Positions 20,362-32,000 of a stretch of DNA of 64,000 bases are shown piece after piece; the stretch's first letter is position 1; each line of letters begins with the position of its first letter. The DNA is taken from positions 96,001 through 160,000 of the forward strand of contig CAWJSR010000055.1 in assembly GCA_963845515.1 (NCBI GenBank), written 5' to 3'. The notes beneath the pieces are model-generated. The model was given only the letters and a program-made list of their open reading frames with translations, was not told the DNA's origin and made no database searches. The translations under genes and the position numbers were made by a program. The stretch is from an uncultured delta proteobacterium (lineage in GTDB: Bacteria > Myxococcota > Myxococcia > Myxococcales > Anaeromyxobacteraceae).

Positions 20362-21080
20362 GGCCGGGCGCCCTTCTCCTCGAACGCTCGCCTGATCTCC
20401 GACGTCCCCGACATGATCTCTAGGAAGTCGGCCAGCTTGAGGCGCGCCGCGTCCGCGACGTCCGGGTTGTCCAGCGCGAAGGATGCCGTGAAGACGTCGG
20501 CGCGGAGCCCCGACGCCAGCAGCGCCCTCGCCAGCGCTGCGGGGTCCCCCACCGTGAACCAGGAGGCATCGACAGCCAGCACGACGGGCTCGCGCATCCG
20601 GGGCAACCGGGCACTGATCGTACGCTCCGGACTCGCGGCGTCGCTCACGTCCTCGAGCGGGCTGCCCCAGCGGATCCCGAAGCGGTCGCGGAACTCGTCG
20701 CCCGGCAGGACGTTGACGATGCGCCGCGCCAGGTGCTCCTGCGACGCGAGCCAAAGGTAGCTCCTGTGCGTGACGGCCGGCGGGGTGAACGTGCCGGCGG
20801 ATGGACGGACGGCCGGCTCAGGGGGCTCGAAGTGCAGGAAGCTCCCGAGGTGCACGACCACCCTTCCGTGCAGGCCACGCGCGTTCCACAGCCGCCACAG
20901 GTCGTCCGCGGTCGCCACCACATCGATGACGACGCGGTCGCGCGCGAGTTCGGCGGCCGCGCCCGCGCCCCGCGCCGCCGCGCCAGCGCGCTGGAGGCCG
21001 AGGAGCGTCCCGGCGCACAAGGCGATCAGCACGACGGCCAGCGCGGCTCGGCGCCCTGCGCTGGAAGGCTTACGCGGCAT
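20358..21080 (-). CDS. Hypothetical exported/membrane-anchored protein
   Basis: N-terminal hydrophobic segment; overlaps both neighbours in the operon. Confidence 0.6.
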   Translation of the reverse strand: MPRKPSSAGRRAALAVVLIALCAGTLLGLQRAGAAARGAGAAAELARDRVVIDVVATADDLWRLWNARGLHGRVVVHLGSFLHFEPPEPAVRPSAGTFTPPAVTHRSYLWLASQEHLARRIVNVLPGDEFRDRFGIRWGSPLEDVSDAASPERTISARLPRMREPVVLAVDASWFTVGDPAALARALLASGLRADVFTASFALDNPDVADAARLKLADFLEIMSGTSEIRRAFEEKGARP

Positions 21081-22431
21081 CGCCCGTACCGTCCCGAAGC
21101 GAGCGCTCGAGCTCCGCCAGGAGCAGCTCCGCCTCGTCCTCGAACAGGGCCCTGAAGTACTCCGCTCGCCCGGCGATCTCCAGCGTCTCCGCGCCCTCCA
21201 CGCCACCGGGCCGGACGACGTACTCCCGCCTGTAGAGGATGAACCTAGCCACCAGCGCCACGGCGCCGAGCCCGAAGCCGCTCCAGATCACCCCCAGCCC
21301 GCGCTCGGCGCGGACGTACAGGGTCACCCAGTATCGCCAATCGGCGAAGGTGATGGTGTAGGGCCCGAAGCGGGCGCTCTCGCCGGGCCGCAGTGTCTGG
21401 GCGATCCGCTTACCGAATTGGTTCGCGACGGTGAGGGAGAGAGCGGGGTCCAGCGGCTCGAGAGAGCGGGTCCGCTCGCCCTCCGCGTCCCGCACGTAGT
21501 CCGGGAAGAACTGGGCCGTCCAGGCCCAGTCCAGCAGCCTGAAGGGTTCACGCTTCCCCGCGGCGATGTCGAGCCGCATCCACCCGCCGAACACCTCGGT
21601 CCCCGCTGCGTCCCGGATGATGAGGAGCGGCGCGACGCCGAGCCGCTTGAACACCACCGAGGCGTCCCCGACCTCGTAGGGGTCGTTGATCCCGAAGTCG
21701 TGGCTTCCGAACCGATCGTCCCGGATCTTCAGGCGAAGCCCCGTCGCGACGCGCCCCTCCTGCCGCGGCGTCACCGTCTCGAGCGTGAAGCGAACCACGG
21801 GAGGCTCGCCCACGCGCGGCAGCACGGGCGGGCGCGCGTACTGCTCCAGCGCGCCACTGAAACTCTCACCGGGGCCGAGCTCCACGATCCCCTCGAACCG
21901 GGTGTAGAGGCTCGCCGCCGCGCCGACGGCCACAAACAGGAACGAGAGGTGAAACGCGAGCGTGGCGGCGGGCGCGAACCGGTAGCGGACGGCACGCAGG
22001 GCGCCGTCGCGCGACAACAGGTGGAAGCCGCGCGCCGCAAAGAAGGCGCCGGCCTCCTCGAGGGCGCCGCGGCCGGCCGCGAGGCTCCGCCGCACCGAGA
22101 ACCCTTGCGCCGTGGCGGGATCCGGGATCGGCCGATCGACGCGCACCCGCTCGAGCGTCAAGGGGACGCGGCGAGACATGACGACCACCAGGTTCAGGAA
22201 GAAGAGCGACCAGAGCGCGATCGCGAGGGGAGAGCGGTAGACGTCGGTGAGCTGCATGGCCTCCAGGAGGCCCACGAGCCTCGGGCTCCCCTGGCTCCAC
22301 GCGGCGTAGGCCTCCCCCTGGAGCACCGCCCGCTGCGGGATGGCGAGCCCCGCGCCGAAAAGCGCCACCAGCCCGATCAGCACCCCCAGCGTGAGCCGGA
22401 GCGAGCCGAGGAGATCGAGCGCGCGCCTCAA
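21070..22431 (-). CDS. resB: Cytochrome c biogenesis protein ResB/CcsB
   Basis: LGSLRL..IPQ, DVYRSP, LAFHLSF, INDPY, PG-like GLGVIW near the C-terminus; TTG start overlaps upstream stop. Confidence 0.8.
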   Translation of the reverse strand: MRRALDLLGSLRLTLGVLIGLVALFGAGLAIPQRAVLQGEAYAAWSQGSPRLVGLLEAMQLTDVYRSPLAIALWSLFFLNLVVVMSRRVPLTLERVRVDRPIPDPATAQGFSVRRSLAAGRGALEEAGAFFAARGFHLLSRDGALRAVRYRFAPAATLAFHLSFLFVAVGAAASLYTRFEGIVELGPGESFSGALEQYARPPVLPRVGEPPVVRFTLETVTPRQEGRVATGLRLKIRDDRFGSHDFGINDPYEVGDASVVFKRLGVAPLLIIRDAAGTEVFGGWMRLDIAAGKREPFRLLDWAWTAQFFPDYVRDAEGERTRSLEPLDPALSLTVANQFGKRIAQTLRPGESARFGPYTITFADWRYWVTLYVRAERGLGVIWSGFGLGAVALVARFILYRREYVVRPGGVEGAETLEIAGRAEYFRALFEDEAELLLAELERSLRDGTGDAA

Positions 22432-23330
22432 GAAGCGCTCCGCCGCGCACGCCAGGCCAGGGCTCCGGCAGCGGATGCCAGGAGCGCTGCCACCCCGAGC
22501 AGCCACGAACGCGGCTCCCTCCTGACGTCGACGCGTAGCCACGCGGGCCCGCCCGTGAACCTGAACCGCAGCCCCTCGAACTCGACCTCCTCCGCGTCCG
22601 AGACGTCGCGCTCCAACAGCCGGGTCTTGCCTCGCTGCACGCGGAGGTGGAGCTTCGTTGGAGTGATCGAATCCTGCCCCGTGGGGACCGAGACGTAGAG
22701 CCGATGTGGCAGGACTCCCAGTCCCAGGTACTCCCTGGAGCCAGGCGAGAGCTTCACGAACCCCTCGACCTCCGTCGTGCCGTCGCGGCGCGCCACGACG
22801 CACAGCGGGGCCGGATACGGGCCGCGGACAACGACCGTCAGCCCCGCGCCCAGGTCGGCTCGCCTCCCAGGTTGAACGTGACGGACGCGCCCGTCGACGT
22901 TCAGGTCCACGCCGCCATCCTCGCCGAGCGCCACCTCTCCCACCGAGATCACCGGAACCAGCGCCAGTGCACCGCGAGCCAGGGCGCGCCAAGGGGCGTC
23001 CTCCTCGTGCTCGCCCAGATCGAGCCTTCCCTCCAGCCTTCCCGCCGACCAGACGGCCGGCTGCACGAGCAGGCAAAGCGCAGCGCTCCAGCCGAGGAGC
23101 GCCACGGCGCTGCGGGCACGAACGGCCGACGCGATCGAGCACAGGAGCGCACCGCCCAGCCCGAGCTCCCACGCCCGCACGGACCACGCCGCCAGGGCGC
23201 GAGCCCCGTCCAACCGCCCAGCGGCCACGAGGGCCGCGACGAAAACTAGGGGCAACCCGAGCGGCGCGAGGACTCGAGGCGAGCCGGCGCTGCGGACGAT
23301 CCGCCAGCCGCGATCGGTGGCCAGCCTCAC
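22428..23330 (-). CDS. Second, divergent ResB-like membrane protein
   Basis: TMs, then EGRLDLGE and a large loop ending VRREP plus TM; same layout as ResB. Confidence 0.5.
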   Translation of the reverse strand: MRLATDRGWRIVRSAGSPRVLAPLGLPLVFVAALVAAGRLDGARALAAWSVRAWELGLGGALLCSIASAVRARSAVALLGWSAALCLLVQPAVWSAGRLEGRLDLGEHEEDAPWRALARGALALVPVISVGEVALGEDGGVDLNVDGRVRHVQPGRRADLGAGLTVVVRGPYPAPLCVVARRDGTTEVEGFVKLSPGSREYLGLGVLPHRLYVSVPTGQDSITPTKLHLRVQRGKTRLLERDVSDAEEVEFEGLRFRFTGGPAWLRVDVRREPRSWLLGVAALLASAAGALAWRARRSAS

Positions 23331-23878
23331 GGCGCCTCCCCGCCGCCGGCGCCCTTTGCCGGCTCCTCCGCGAGGTCCCAGGCGCCGACGACCCATGCGC
23401 CACGGATCCTGGCGAACACGTACCGGAACGCCTGGCTACTGCCGCGCGCGCCAAGGATCGGCGACCGGTCGGCGGCGCGCTGCGTCTCGGTGTTCCAGTC
23501 CTCCTGCACGACGGCAGTAACGACGTCCGGAGCGGTGGCGGTGGCCTCCAACAGGGTCGCGCTCGCGAGGTCGTGAACCTGGACGAGCCCGGCGTCACGG
23601 AGAAAGCCGATCTCGCGGAAGATCTCGTGCTTCACCGGGGCGGTGGCCGGGAAGTCGTTGAGCAGGTCGGGGGTACCGCCGCTCGCAAAGAGGTCCTGGT
23701 AGATGTCGAGGTAGGCTTCTAGCGCCGCCTCCACCTCGTCACGCTCGCGAGCGGCCAGAGGCGCTGGGTAGCGTTGCCGCCCGGCCAACCCGTCGACCCG
23801 CCAGGCCACCGCGCCGAACGCCGCGACGCTCAGAGCGGCCCAGACGATGCCCAGCCAGTGCGCGCCGCAAGGTCTCAT
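23327..23878 (-). CDS. Hypothetical membrane-anchored protein
   Basis: ATGA-coupled to ccsA; N-terminal TM and soluble domain. Confidence 0.6.
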   Translation of the reverse strand: MRPCGAHWLGIVWAALSVAAFGAVAWRVDGLAGRQRYPAPLAARERDEVEAALEAYLDIYQDLFASGGTPDLLNDFPATAPVKHEIFREIGFLRDAGLVQVHDLASATLLEATATAPDVVTAVVQEDWNTETQRAADRSPILGARGSSQAFRYVFARIRGAWVVGAWDLAEEPAKGAGGGEAP

Positions 23879-24711
23879 CGCACGTTGAAGAAATGGCTCG
23901 AGGTCTCGACGACGAAGGTGACGCCGAACGCCGTGATGATCATCCCTGCGATCGCCAGGACCGCGAGCCGCGCGAACGCCGCGCCACGCCAGCCGCGGGT
24001 GACGCGGAGGTGAATTGCGATCCCGTAGGTCACCCACGTGATGAGCGACCAGGTCTCGACGGGGTCCCACGACCAATACGCGCCCCAGAGATCCTTTGCC
24101 CAGATCGCGCCCGACGCGATCATCACCGCATCCGCGATGAAGCCCAGGATGATCCACCTGAAGACGAGTTCGTCCAGTCTGTCCAGCGAGGGGAAGCGCC
24201 CGTACACGGGGTTGGGATCCGGGCGCGAAGCGTCGCGCCGCTTCAGGAGCCACGCGATCCCCCCCGCCATCGCGAGCGCGTAGCCGCCAAACGCGATCCA
24301 CGCGAACATCACGTGGACGTAGAGCCACGTAGACTTGAGCGACACCGCGAGCGGGGTGAGCGCCGGCTCGCGCATCGCCCCGTAGCCCATGATCAGGAAG
24401 GACAGCGGCAGGGTGGCGACGGCAAGCACCTCCAGCCCGCGACGCCGCCAGGCGACCCAGAGCGTGGCCGCGACGATGAACCACGCGCCCAGGAGGCCGT
24501 TCTCGTAGTCGCCCGCCCACGGCAGGTGGCGCTGCGCGGCGTACCTCGCCGCGATGGCGCCCGTGTGCGCGACCAGGCCGACGGCGGCGACCCGGATCGC
24601 CCTCGGGAGCATCCGCTCCGATCGGAAGACGATCGCGTAGACGAGGCCGCCTGTCGCGACGGCGTAAACCAGCACGGCGGCCCAGAAGAGGATGTTCTCG
24701 ATGGGGGACAT
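23875..24711 (-). CDS. ccsA: Cytochrome c biogenesis protein CcsA/ResC (System II)
   Basis: WWD domain GAIWAKDLWGAYWSWDPVETWSLITW; conserved His residues. Confidence 0.92.
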   Translation of the reverse strand: MSPIENILFWAAVLVYAVATGGLVYAIVFRSERMLPRAIRVAAVGLVAHTGAIAARYAAQRHLPWAGDYENGLLGAWFIVAATLWVAWRRRGLEVLAVATLPLSFLIMGYGAMREPALTPLAVSLKSTWLYVHVMFAWIAFGGYALAMAGGIAWLLKRRDASRPDPNPVYGRFPSLDRLDELVFRWIILGFIADAVMIASGAIWAKDLWGAYWSWDPVETWSLITWVTYGIAIHLRVTRGWRGAAFARLAVLAIAGMIITAFGVTFVVETSSHFFNVR

Positions 24712-24760
24712 TGGACTCAGCGGCGCTGCCCTACGGACGACGATACCACGACGTCCGGCC

Positions 24761-26059
24761 TCACGAGCCAGCCGGCTCGGGCACCACCACAGCGCGCGCA
24801 CGGAACCCCGCGCTGTCCAGGATCTGGCGCGCGATGCGCGACATGAAGCCCATCGTGCAGAAGACGACGATCTCGCGGTCGCGCGGAAGCTCGGCAAGCC
24901 GATCAGGCAGCCGCGCGATGGGGATGTGCCGCGCCCACGCCGGCCTCGACCCCTCGTTGTCCCTCACGTCCAGTATGAGGGGCGCGGACGGACCGCCATC
25001 CTGATGCCACAACCGCATGAAGTCGCCTTGGCAGATCACGCCCACGCCGGCCAAGCACGGGACCAGATCCCGGGACGCGGCCGGGACCACCAGCGCCCGT
25101 CCCAAGCCACGCCAGGCCTCGATGCCGCCCTCCAGGATCTTCACGTGGACCTGCTCCCGGAAGCCGTCCGGCTGGACCCGCCGAATCGCTGCTGCCGCGG
25201 CGGCCGCGGCGGGATCGCGCGCGTCGCGCCCGACCACGACGAAGGTCGGCATCCCGAACCCGACGACGTCCGCGCGCGCGATCGTCTCCGCCCTGCTCGC
25301 GATGGCTCGCGGCAGGGTCCCACGCGCGACCTCCTCCGCAGGCCTCACGTCCAGCACGAGAGTGTTCTCGGTCTCGAGCCAGCTCGCGACGTCCTTCGCG
25401 CTGACGAACGCCGGCCGGGTCGCGGCCTCCCACTCGCGCATGCCTCCCCGAAACACCCGGGCGCTCGTATGGCCGATCCGCAGCGCCGCCCGCAGCGCCT
25501 CGACCGGGCGCGAGTCCTGGTGCGAGTCGCCGTAGAACACGATCGGCGTGGCGCGCTCCCGGGGCAAGACCGCCTCAAGCCCCCCTCCACCCGGCGCGGA
25601 CAGGGCCCCCTCGATGTGACCGCGAGCGAACGCCGCACGATCGCGGACGTCGACCGGGATCGGCCGCGGGGCGTCGCCACCCCACTCGTCGCCCCCCACG
25701 AACTCCCGCGGGTCGGCCACCAGCTCGGGCGTCGTCCAGACCGTGGGAAGCAGTTCGAGCCAATGAGCGGTTCGCACGCCGTCCTTCATCGAGCCGGGGT
25801 CGAAGCGAACGGTGTCACCCACGCTGAGAAGGTAGACGTCCATCGTGCCGAGCAGCAGTCCGCCCCGCTCGAGCCGAACCACCTCAGTGCGTGACCCGCG
25901 CCCGACCAGGGTGAGGCCATACCGCGAGGTCATCACGACCTCGCCCTCGACGGGCGCCGCCCGCGCCTGGAACGCCGCCGTGAGCCCCGCCACGGCAGCC
26001 GCCGCGGCGAGGGGTCCGGCGATCCAGGCTGAGCGGCGGACGAGTCCTTCCTTCGTCAC
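24761..26059 (-). CDS. Exported protein with three rhodanese-like domains
   Basis: Three DVR motifs, GHIEGA; only the last domain has the active-loop Cys (IVVFCTMG). Confidence 0.8.
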   Translation of the reverse strand: MTKEGLVRRSAWIAGPLAAAAAVAGLTAAFQARAAPVEGEVVMTSRYGLTLVGRGSRTEVVRLERGGLLLGTMDVYLLSVGDTVRFDPGSMKDGVRTAHWLELLPTVWTTPELVADPREFVGGDEWGGDAPRPIPVDVRDRAAFARGHIEGALSAPGGGGLEAVLPRERATPIVFYGDSHQDSRPVEALRAALRIGHTSARVFRGGMREWEAATRPAFVSAKDVASWLETENTLVLDVRPAEEVARGTLPRAIASRAETIARADVVGFGMPTFVVVGRDARDPAAAAAAAAIRRVQPDGFREQVHVKILEGGIEAWRGLGRALVVPAASRDLVPCLAGVGVICQGDFMRLWHQDGGPSAPLILDVRDNEGSRPAWARHIPIARLPDRLAELPRDREIVVFCTMGFMSRIARQILDSAGFRARAVVVPEPAGS

Positions 26060-26060
26060 G

Positions 26061-29000
26061 TCAGTACTCCAGGGTCCGGGCGCCGCGAGTTGGGTTCTTC
26101 CCGCCCTGGTGTGAGGTGCAGCCGCCCCACGTGTCCGTGCTGCTATTGATGAGGTAGCACGTCCCAGTGCCCGCCGTGTTCCAGGTGGTCGGATCGGTGA
26201 CGGTCGCCGTGGTCGTGGGACTGTAGTACCGGTACGACGCGCCGGTCCCCATGAACCTGTACATCTTGGTGGTCGAGCCCGTGGTGAAGACCTGGTACGA
26301 GCCATTCGTGCCGTGGATCGAGCCCAAGCCGAATCCACCGTGACAGCCGAGACAGTTGATGTCGGGAGCGACCGTCCCGTCCGTCGAGGTCAGGTGAGCG
26401 AAGGCACCACCAGGCCCGCTGTAGATCGCCCACTTGGCGCAGGCCTGATGGGCGGCCGTGTTGGAGCCGGTTCCAGTTCCGGTGTTCTCGTAGACGCCCG
26501 CAGCATGACACTTCGAGCAGATGGTCGTCGAGCTGACGGTGCCGCCGCCCGTGGTCGCGGCGTCGGCGCCGCTCTTGTCGCTGAGCATGAACCAGGTGCT
26601 TCGGCTGCCGTGCGCGTTCGACTCGTTGAGGTGGCAGTCGGAGCAGTGCAGCCCCGCCAGCTCGCGCTCCGTGTTGATGGTCTTTCCCTCCATCGTCACG
26701 GTTCCCGCCGTCCACGTTCCCGTCGGAAGGAACGCCGACGTGTAGCGCTTCGTGAACTGGTTCAGGTTGTGATGGCTGGCGAAGCTCTTCCCCGGGGCGT
26801 TTCCGGTGTTGAACTGGCTCTTCACGTCGACCACCCTCGTCCGCTGCGCCTTGACGGTGTTGGACGTGGTCTCCTTGGCATTCGCCAGGGTGTCGGCGAC
26901 GTTGAAGGGCTTCAGGGCGTTTGCCGACCCGGCACCCGGCGCCGTCGCGCCGTAGAGCATGCCGCTCGCCGGCGTCGTCTTGTTGACCGCCACCGCGGCC
27001 GCGCCGCCAAGGTCATGACAGCCCATGCAGAAGCCGTCCATCTTGTTGCGAACCACCGTGCTGGCGGTTCCCTTCGCGAGCAGAGCCTGGCGACTGCCGG
27101 GCCAGGCCACCGCGATCGTGGTGCCGCCGGCGGTGTCGACGTCTCGCAGGTCGATCGTGGTCGTCCCGGTCGTGGACGCCCCGTGGTTGGCGTCGATCGC
27201 CTTGATGCCACCGGCGGTGGTGGAGGACAGGTCGCCCTCCGCGTGACAGAGGATGCAGTCGAAGTTGGTCACGATGAAGCCGCCCGTCCCCGAGACCCCG
27301 TTCGACACGTGCCGGCTCGGCCGGATGAAGTCGTCGCCCGGCTGCCCCAGCGTCGCCGCCGAGTCCGAGATCGTCCGCGGGACCTTGGTGCCCTGTCTCC
27401 GTCCCGTGGCACAGATGCAGTCGCCGCCGCCTGCACGGTCCCGTCGATGTGCTTCGTCGTCGCTGACGCGCCGGTGCCCGTGTAGATGATCTTCCCGGCC
27501 GCGTCCACCGTCTCGGAGTGACACCCGGCGCAGGCCGTCGCGTTGGCCGGAACCGTGCCGTGGGAAGCGCCCGTGGGATTCGGCGGCAACCCGTGGCAGC
27601 TGCCGCAGTCCGCCGTCGCCGCGCCCCAGGTCCAGGTCGTGATGCTCCCCCTCGAGGCCGCGGCCAGTTTGTCGCCGTGGCAGTAGGTGCTCGTGCACGT
27701 GCCAGGGCTCCCCGGCGACCAGCCTGGAGCAGAGCCGCCGAGATTCGCCACGACGGCGTCCGCGAAGCTCACGTCCCGCGTGCCGTTCATGTGGCCGTTC
27801 GTGCGCGTGCCCGCGTGGCACTCCGAGCACTTGATCGGCAGGTAGTTCTGCCCCTCGGCCGTCGTGATCGGCACGACGTGCGCCTGGTGCGGCCCGACGA
27901 TGTTCCCGGTCAACGCCCCGGCCGTGTCCTTCGGCGGCGCCGCCACCAGGTTGGTGTCACCAACCCCGACCGCAGACCCGATGGTGCGGGGAGACGTGCC
28001 GTGGCAGCTCGAGCAGGTCAACGTCCCGTTGTTGCCCCAGACCACCGTATTGGTGCCACCGTGGCACCTCGTAGACGAGCAGGTCTTGGTCGCGGCCGTG
28101 TAGTTGTTGGTCGCGGTGGCGTCCATGTCATAGGCAGCCAGGATGGCGACGTTCCGGACGCCGTCCGTGTGCGCCGAGCCGGCGATCACCGTCCCGGCGG
28201 GGGTCACGTAGCCGGTGTGGCAGTGCTCGCAGTCGGTCGCGCCGCCCGTCGTGTGCACCGCGTGGCTGTTCGCGCTCGGCAGCGTCGCACCGTCGGCGCC
28301 GTCGGGGGCGCCCGTGCTGGTGCTCTTCCCGTGGCACCCGGTGCAGGTGATGGCCGCCCCGCCCCACGAGACGGTGGTGTAGCGCGCCGCGTACGTCGCC
28401 TCGGCGAAGGCCGGGTCACGCCCGGTCGAGTGGCAGTAGTTCGTGGAGCAGCTCGTCGACGCGTAGGCGCCGCTGGCAGCCTGACCGGTCCTGGTCGGGA
28501 ACCCGACGTTCTTCGCGCCATCCACGTGCAGCGCATAGCCGCCCGGGTTGATGAGGGTCGTGTTCGCGCTGACCACCGTGTTGTGGCACTCCACGCACCC
28601 GTAGCCGGTGGCGCCGAGCACCGCCGGCTGGTTCACGTGCTCGTCGTGCGTCGCCGTCGCGAGGGTGGTCTGGATCCCGTGACACTGGGTGCAGGTCCCG
28701 CCGTACGCCGCATCCGTCCACGTCGGCGGCGTCGCGGGTAGGTCGGCGACGCCATGCCGTTCGAGTGGCAGTACACCGTCTGGCATGCGACTGGCCCCGA
28801 CGTACGTGACGCCCGACGTGTTCGGCGCGTCGAACCCGACGTCCTTCTTGTCGTCTGTCCACGTGCTGCGACTCGATCACCGTCGCGTCGGTGTTGATCG
28901 ACGGCGTGTGGCAGCGACGGCAGGTGAATGCGTAGCTCGCGCTGGAGTTGGCGTTGATGTGCTTCGCGTGGGTGGGCGACATCGCGGGGTGGCCGTGTCC

Positions 29001-32000
29001 TTCCCGCCGTGGCATGCAGTGCACGGCAGCGCCGCCTGCGCCGTCCACGTGGGCGCGGGCGTCTGGTACGCGATCGCCGGCGCCGTCGCACCCAATGGAT
29101 CGCCGTTCGAGTGGCAGTAGGTCGCGCACGTCCCCGTCGTCGTCTTGAAGAGGAACCCCGTCGGCACGTGCTGATCGTTCGTCGCCGTGCCGAGCGTGTA
29201 CGGCGTCGCGCCGCTCGTCCAGTCGAAGCCGACGTTCACCGAGAACGGCGTGGACGTCCCGCCCGCGTTGTCGTTGTAGTGGTTCGTCGCCACCGTCGTG
29301 TGGCACTTGCCGCAGTTGTAGCCGTACTGGGTCGCCGTCGAGGCCGGCGTGGTCACGCCATAGGCCGCCGACGCCTCCGCAGCGCCCACGTGGAGGGCGT
29401 GCTCACCGCTCGCCGTCGGGCTCACGTAGTGGCAGTCGTTGCAGCCGGTCGCCTCCTTGAAGGAGTTGTTGTGGGTGTGGCACTTGGTGCAGAGCGCGCC
29501 CTGCATGTGGTTGCTGGTCGTGCCAGCCAGGTAGTACTTGATCGCCGCGTTGGTGTGGCACACCTGGCAGACGCCGTTGAGCCCGTTCGTGGTGTTGTTG
29601 TCCACGTAGTCCAGCGGATCCCACCCGGCCGTCCCGCCCACGATCTCCGAGTTGAACGCGACCCAGTTCGTCGTGAACTCCGTGAGCGGGTCGGGGACGC
29701 CCCAGTTGTTCTGATCCTCCACCGTCTCGTGCGTCTTGATCGGCCTCTCCTGGATCATGTACGCGAGCAGCTTGTTCGCCGCGGAGTAGCTCTGGTCGCC
29801 GTGCGGATCGTGGCAGTCCCAGCAGAACTCCCCGCCCTTGCCGGCTCCCGCAGCCAGGTGATCGGCGCCGTAGTGCGCCGCGGTCACGACGGCGTTTAGC
29901 GCCGTCTTGGAGGTGAGTGGCCCGCCCGCGTCCGGATCGAAGCCCGTCCGGTTCGTCGCGTGGCAGATGAGGCAGTTGCCGTTCTTCCCCCAGCTCAGCC
30001 CCGTGTTCGCCAGGCGGAACGGGTTCGACGGGTCGCCGTGCTGCACGGTCGCCGTGAGCGGGCTCGTGCTCAGCGCGTCCTTCGGCAGGTGGCAGTAGTA
30101 GCACCCCTCCTGCGCCTTCGAGGTGCCGTAGGACATCCCCGGGATCCCGGTGTTTTGGGACATCCCCGCATCCGTGAACGGGCTCATCCTCCCGTGACCG
30201 TAGGTGTTGTAGTCCTCCGGATCGATGAGCGCGATAGGGTCCGTCTTGTACTTGTAGTTGTCGACGTCGCCGTTGGTCGCCCCGGCCGCCGCCATGTGGC
30301 ACTGGGTGCACTGCGGCTCGATGATGATGCCGCCCCACTGCGCAGGCGCGAGCGGGTTGGACAAGTGACAGCTCACGGCGTTGCAGCTCGGCGGCGTCGC
30401 GCCGCTCCGCGGGATGTACGTCTGGATCGTCCCCACCGAGGTGTCGAAGGCGATGTCCACCTTGCCGTCCATGTGCAGCGACGGGTTGGCGATCACGCCA
30501 CCGGCCGCCGTCACCACGTCCTTGTGGCAGTCGTAGCAGGAGTCGGCTCCGCCGATGTGAATGTTGTGGGTGTTCGCCTTGTACGTGTTGACCGTGTCGT
30601 TGTCGTAGTTCGGCTCGCCCGCCTTCGAATCGTACAGGACCCCGTCGCCGACCTTGGTGTACGCGCCGTGGCAGTCGTTGCACCCGCCGAGGTCGGTCGG
30701 CGTCGTCCACGACATGTTCGAGTAGTACTTGTACGGCGCCGCCTCCGACAGCAGCTTCTTCCCAGTCGAGTGGCAGTAGGTCGTGCAGGAGTTGGCGACC
30801 GTGTTCCCCGCGTCCTGGTACTTGAGGCTCCCGGCCGGGTTGCCGTCCACGTTGGACAGGGCGTTCACGTGCAGCGACGTGGACGCGATCGTCGCTCCGT
30901 CCTGGGTCGTCGGGTAGTGGCAGGTCTGGCAGCCCCAGGTCACCCCGTAGACCGACGCCTGGTTGGTGTGGGCGCCGTGCGCCGTGTTCACCATCGTAGT
31001 CCCGTACCCGTGGCACGAAGCGCAGGGCGCCGACGTGTCCCATGCCGCCGCCGAGAAGCCGGACGAGTAGTTCCCGTCACGGTCGATGCCGGGAGAGTGG
31101 CAGTAGGTGTTCGAGCACTTGTGGGCCGCGGCGTCGTAGCCGCCGAGCGAGTTGTTCGGCCCGGTCGCGTCGAAGTTCACGTCTCGGGTCCCGTCCACGT
31201 GCTGGCCGCCGCCGGAGACGATCGCCATGCCGGACGTCACGGTGTTCACGTGGCAGCGCACGCACGCATAGCCGTAGGTCGAGACGTGCTTCTGGTGCTT
31301 CGGCGAGAGCCCCGTCCCGGTGAAGATCGCGGTCTGGTGGCAGCTCGTGCAGCCCAGGTTCGCCCCGTTCGTCCACGCGGGTGAGTCGGGGAGCGAGTCG
31401 GTGCCGCCCAGCGGCCTGGCGTTGGAGTGGCAGTAGACGCTCGTGCACTTGAAGGTCGAGGCCGAGTAGGACGGCGACAGACGGGTGCCGTCCTTTGCGA
31501 TGGAACCCCAGTTGAAGTCGAGCCCTGCGTCCGCGTGGTCGGTGTTCCCGGCAATCGGCAGGACGTGGCACTGCGCGCACGCGATGGCGGCCGTCGCACC
31601 CGTCGCCGACGTCGGCTCGAAGTGGGCCCGGTGGGCGCCGACGCCCTTGACGGTCACGAGGGCATTGCCCGTCGTGTCGACGCCGGTGCCGCCGTAGCCG
31701 GGGGCGGACCTCGTGTCGCCCGGCGGAACGATGGTGCCATCGGCGACGGTCAGGTCGCCGTGGCACGACGAGCAGCCCTTGTTCGGCTTCTGGACCGTCC
31801 CGTTGAGGTGCGTGCCCTTCGCCGCGACCGACAGGCCACCAGTCGAGTACCCAGCCCCGTGGCAGTTCGCGCACGCCGTGTTCTGCGGGTGATCCGCGGC
31901 CACCGCCGAGGAGACCGGAGGCGGCGCCCCGTGGCACGAGGAGCAGCCGATCGCGGTCTCGCTCCTCCAGTCGAAGCTGGCGGCCCCGCCGCCCGCCCCG

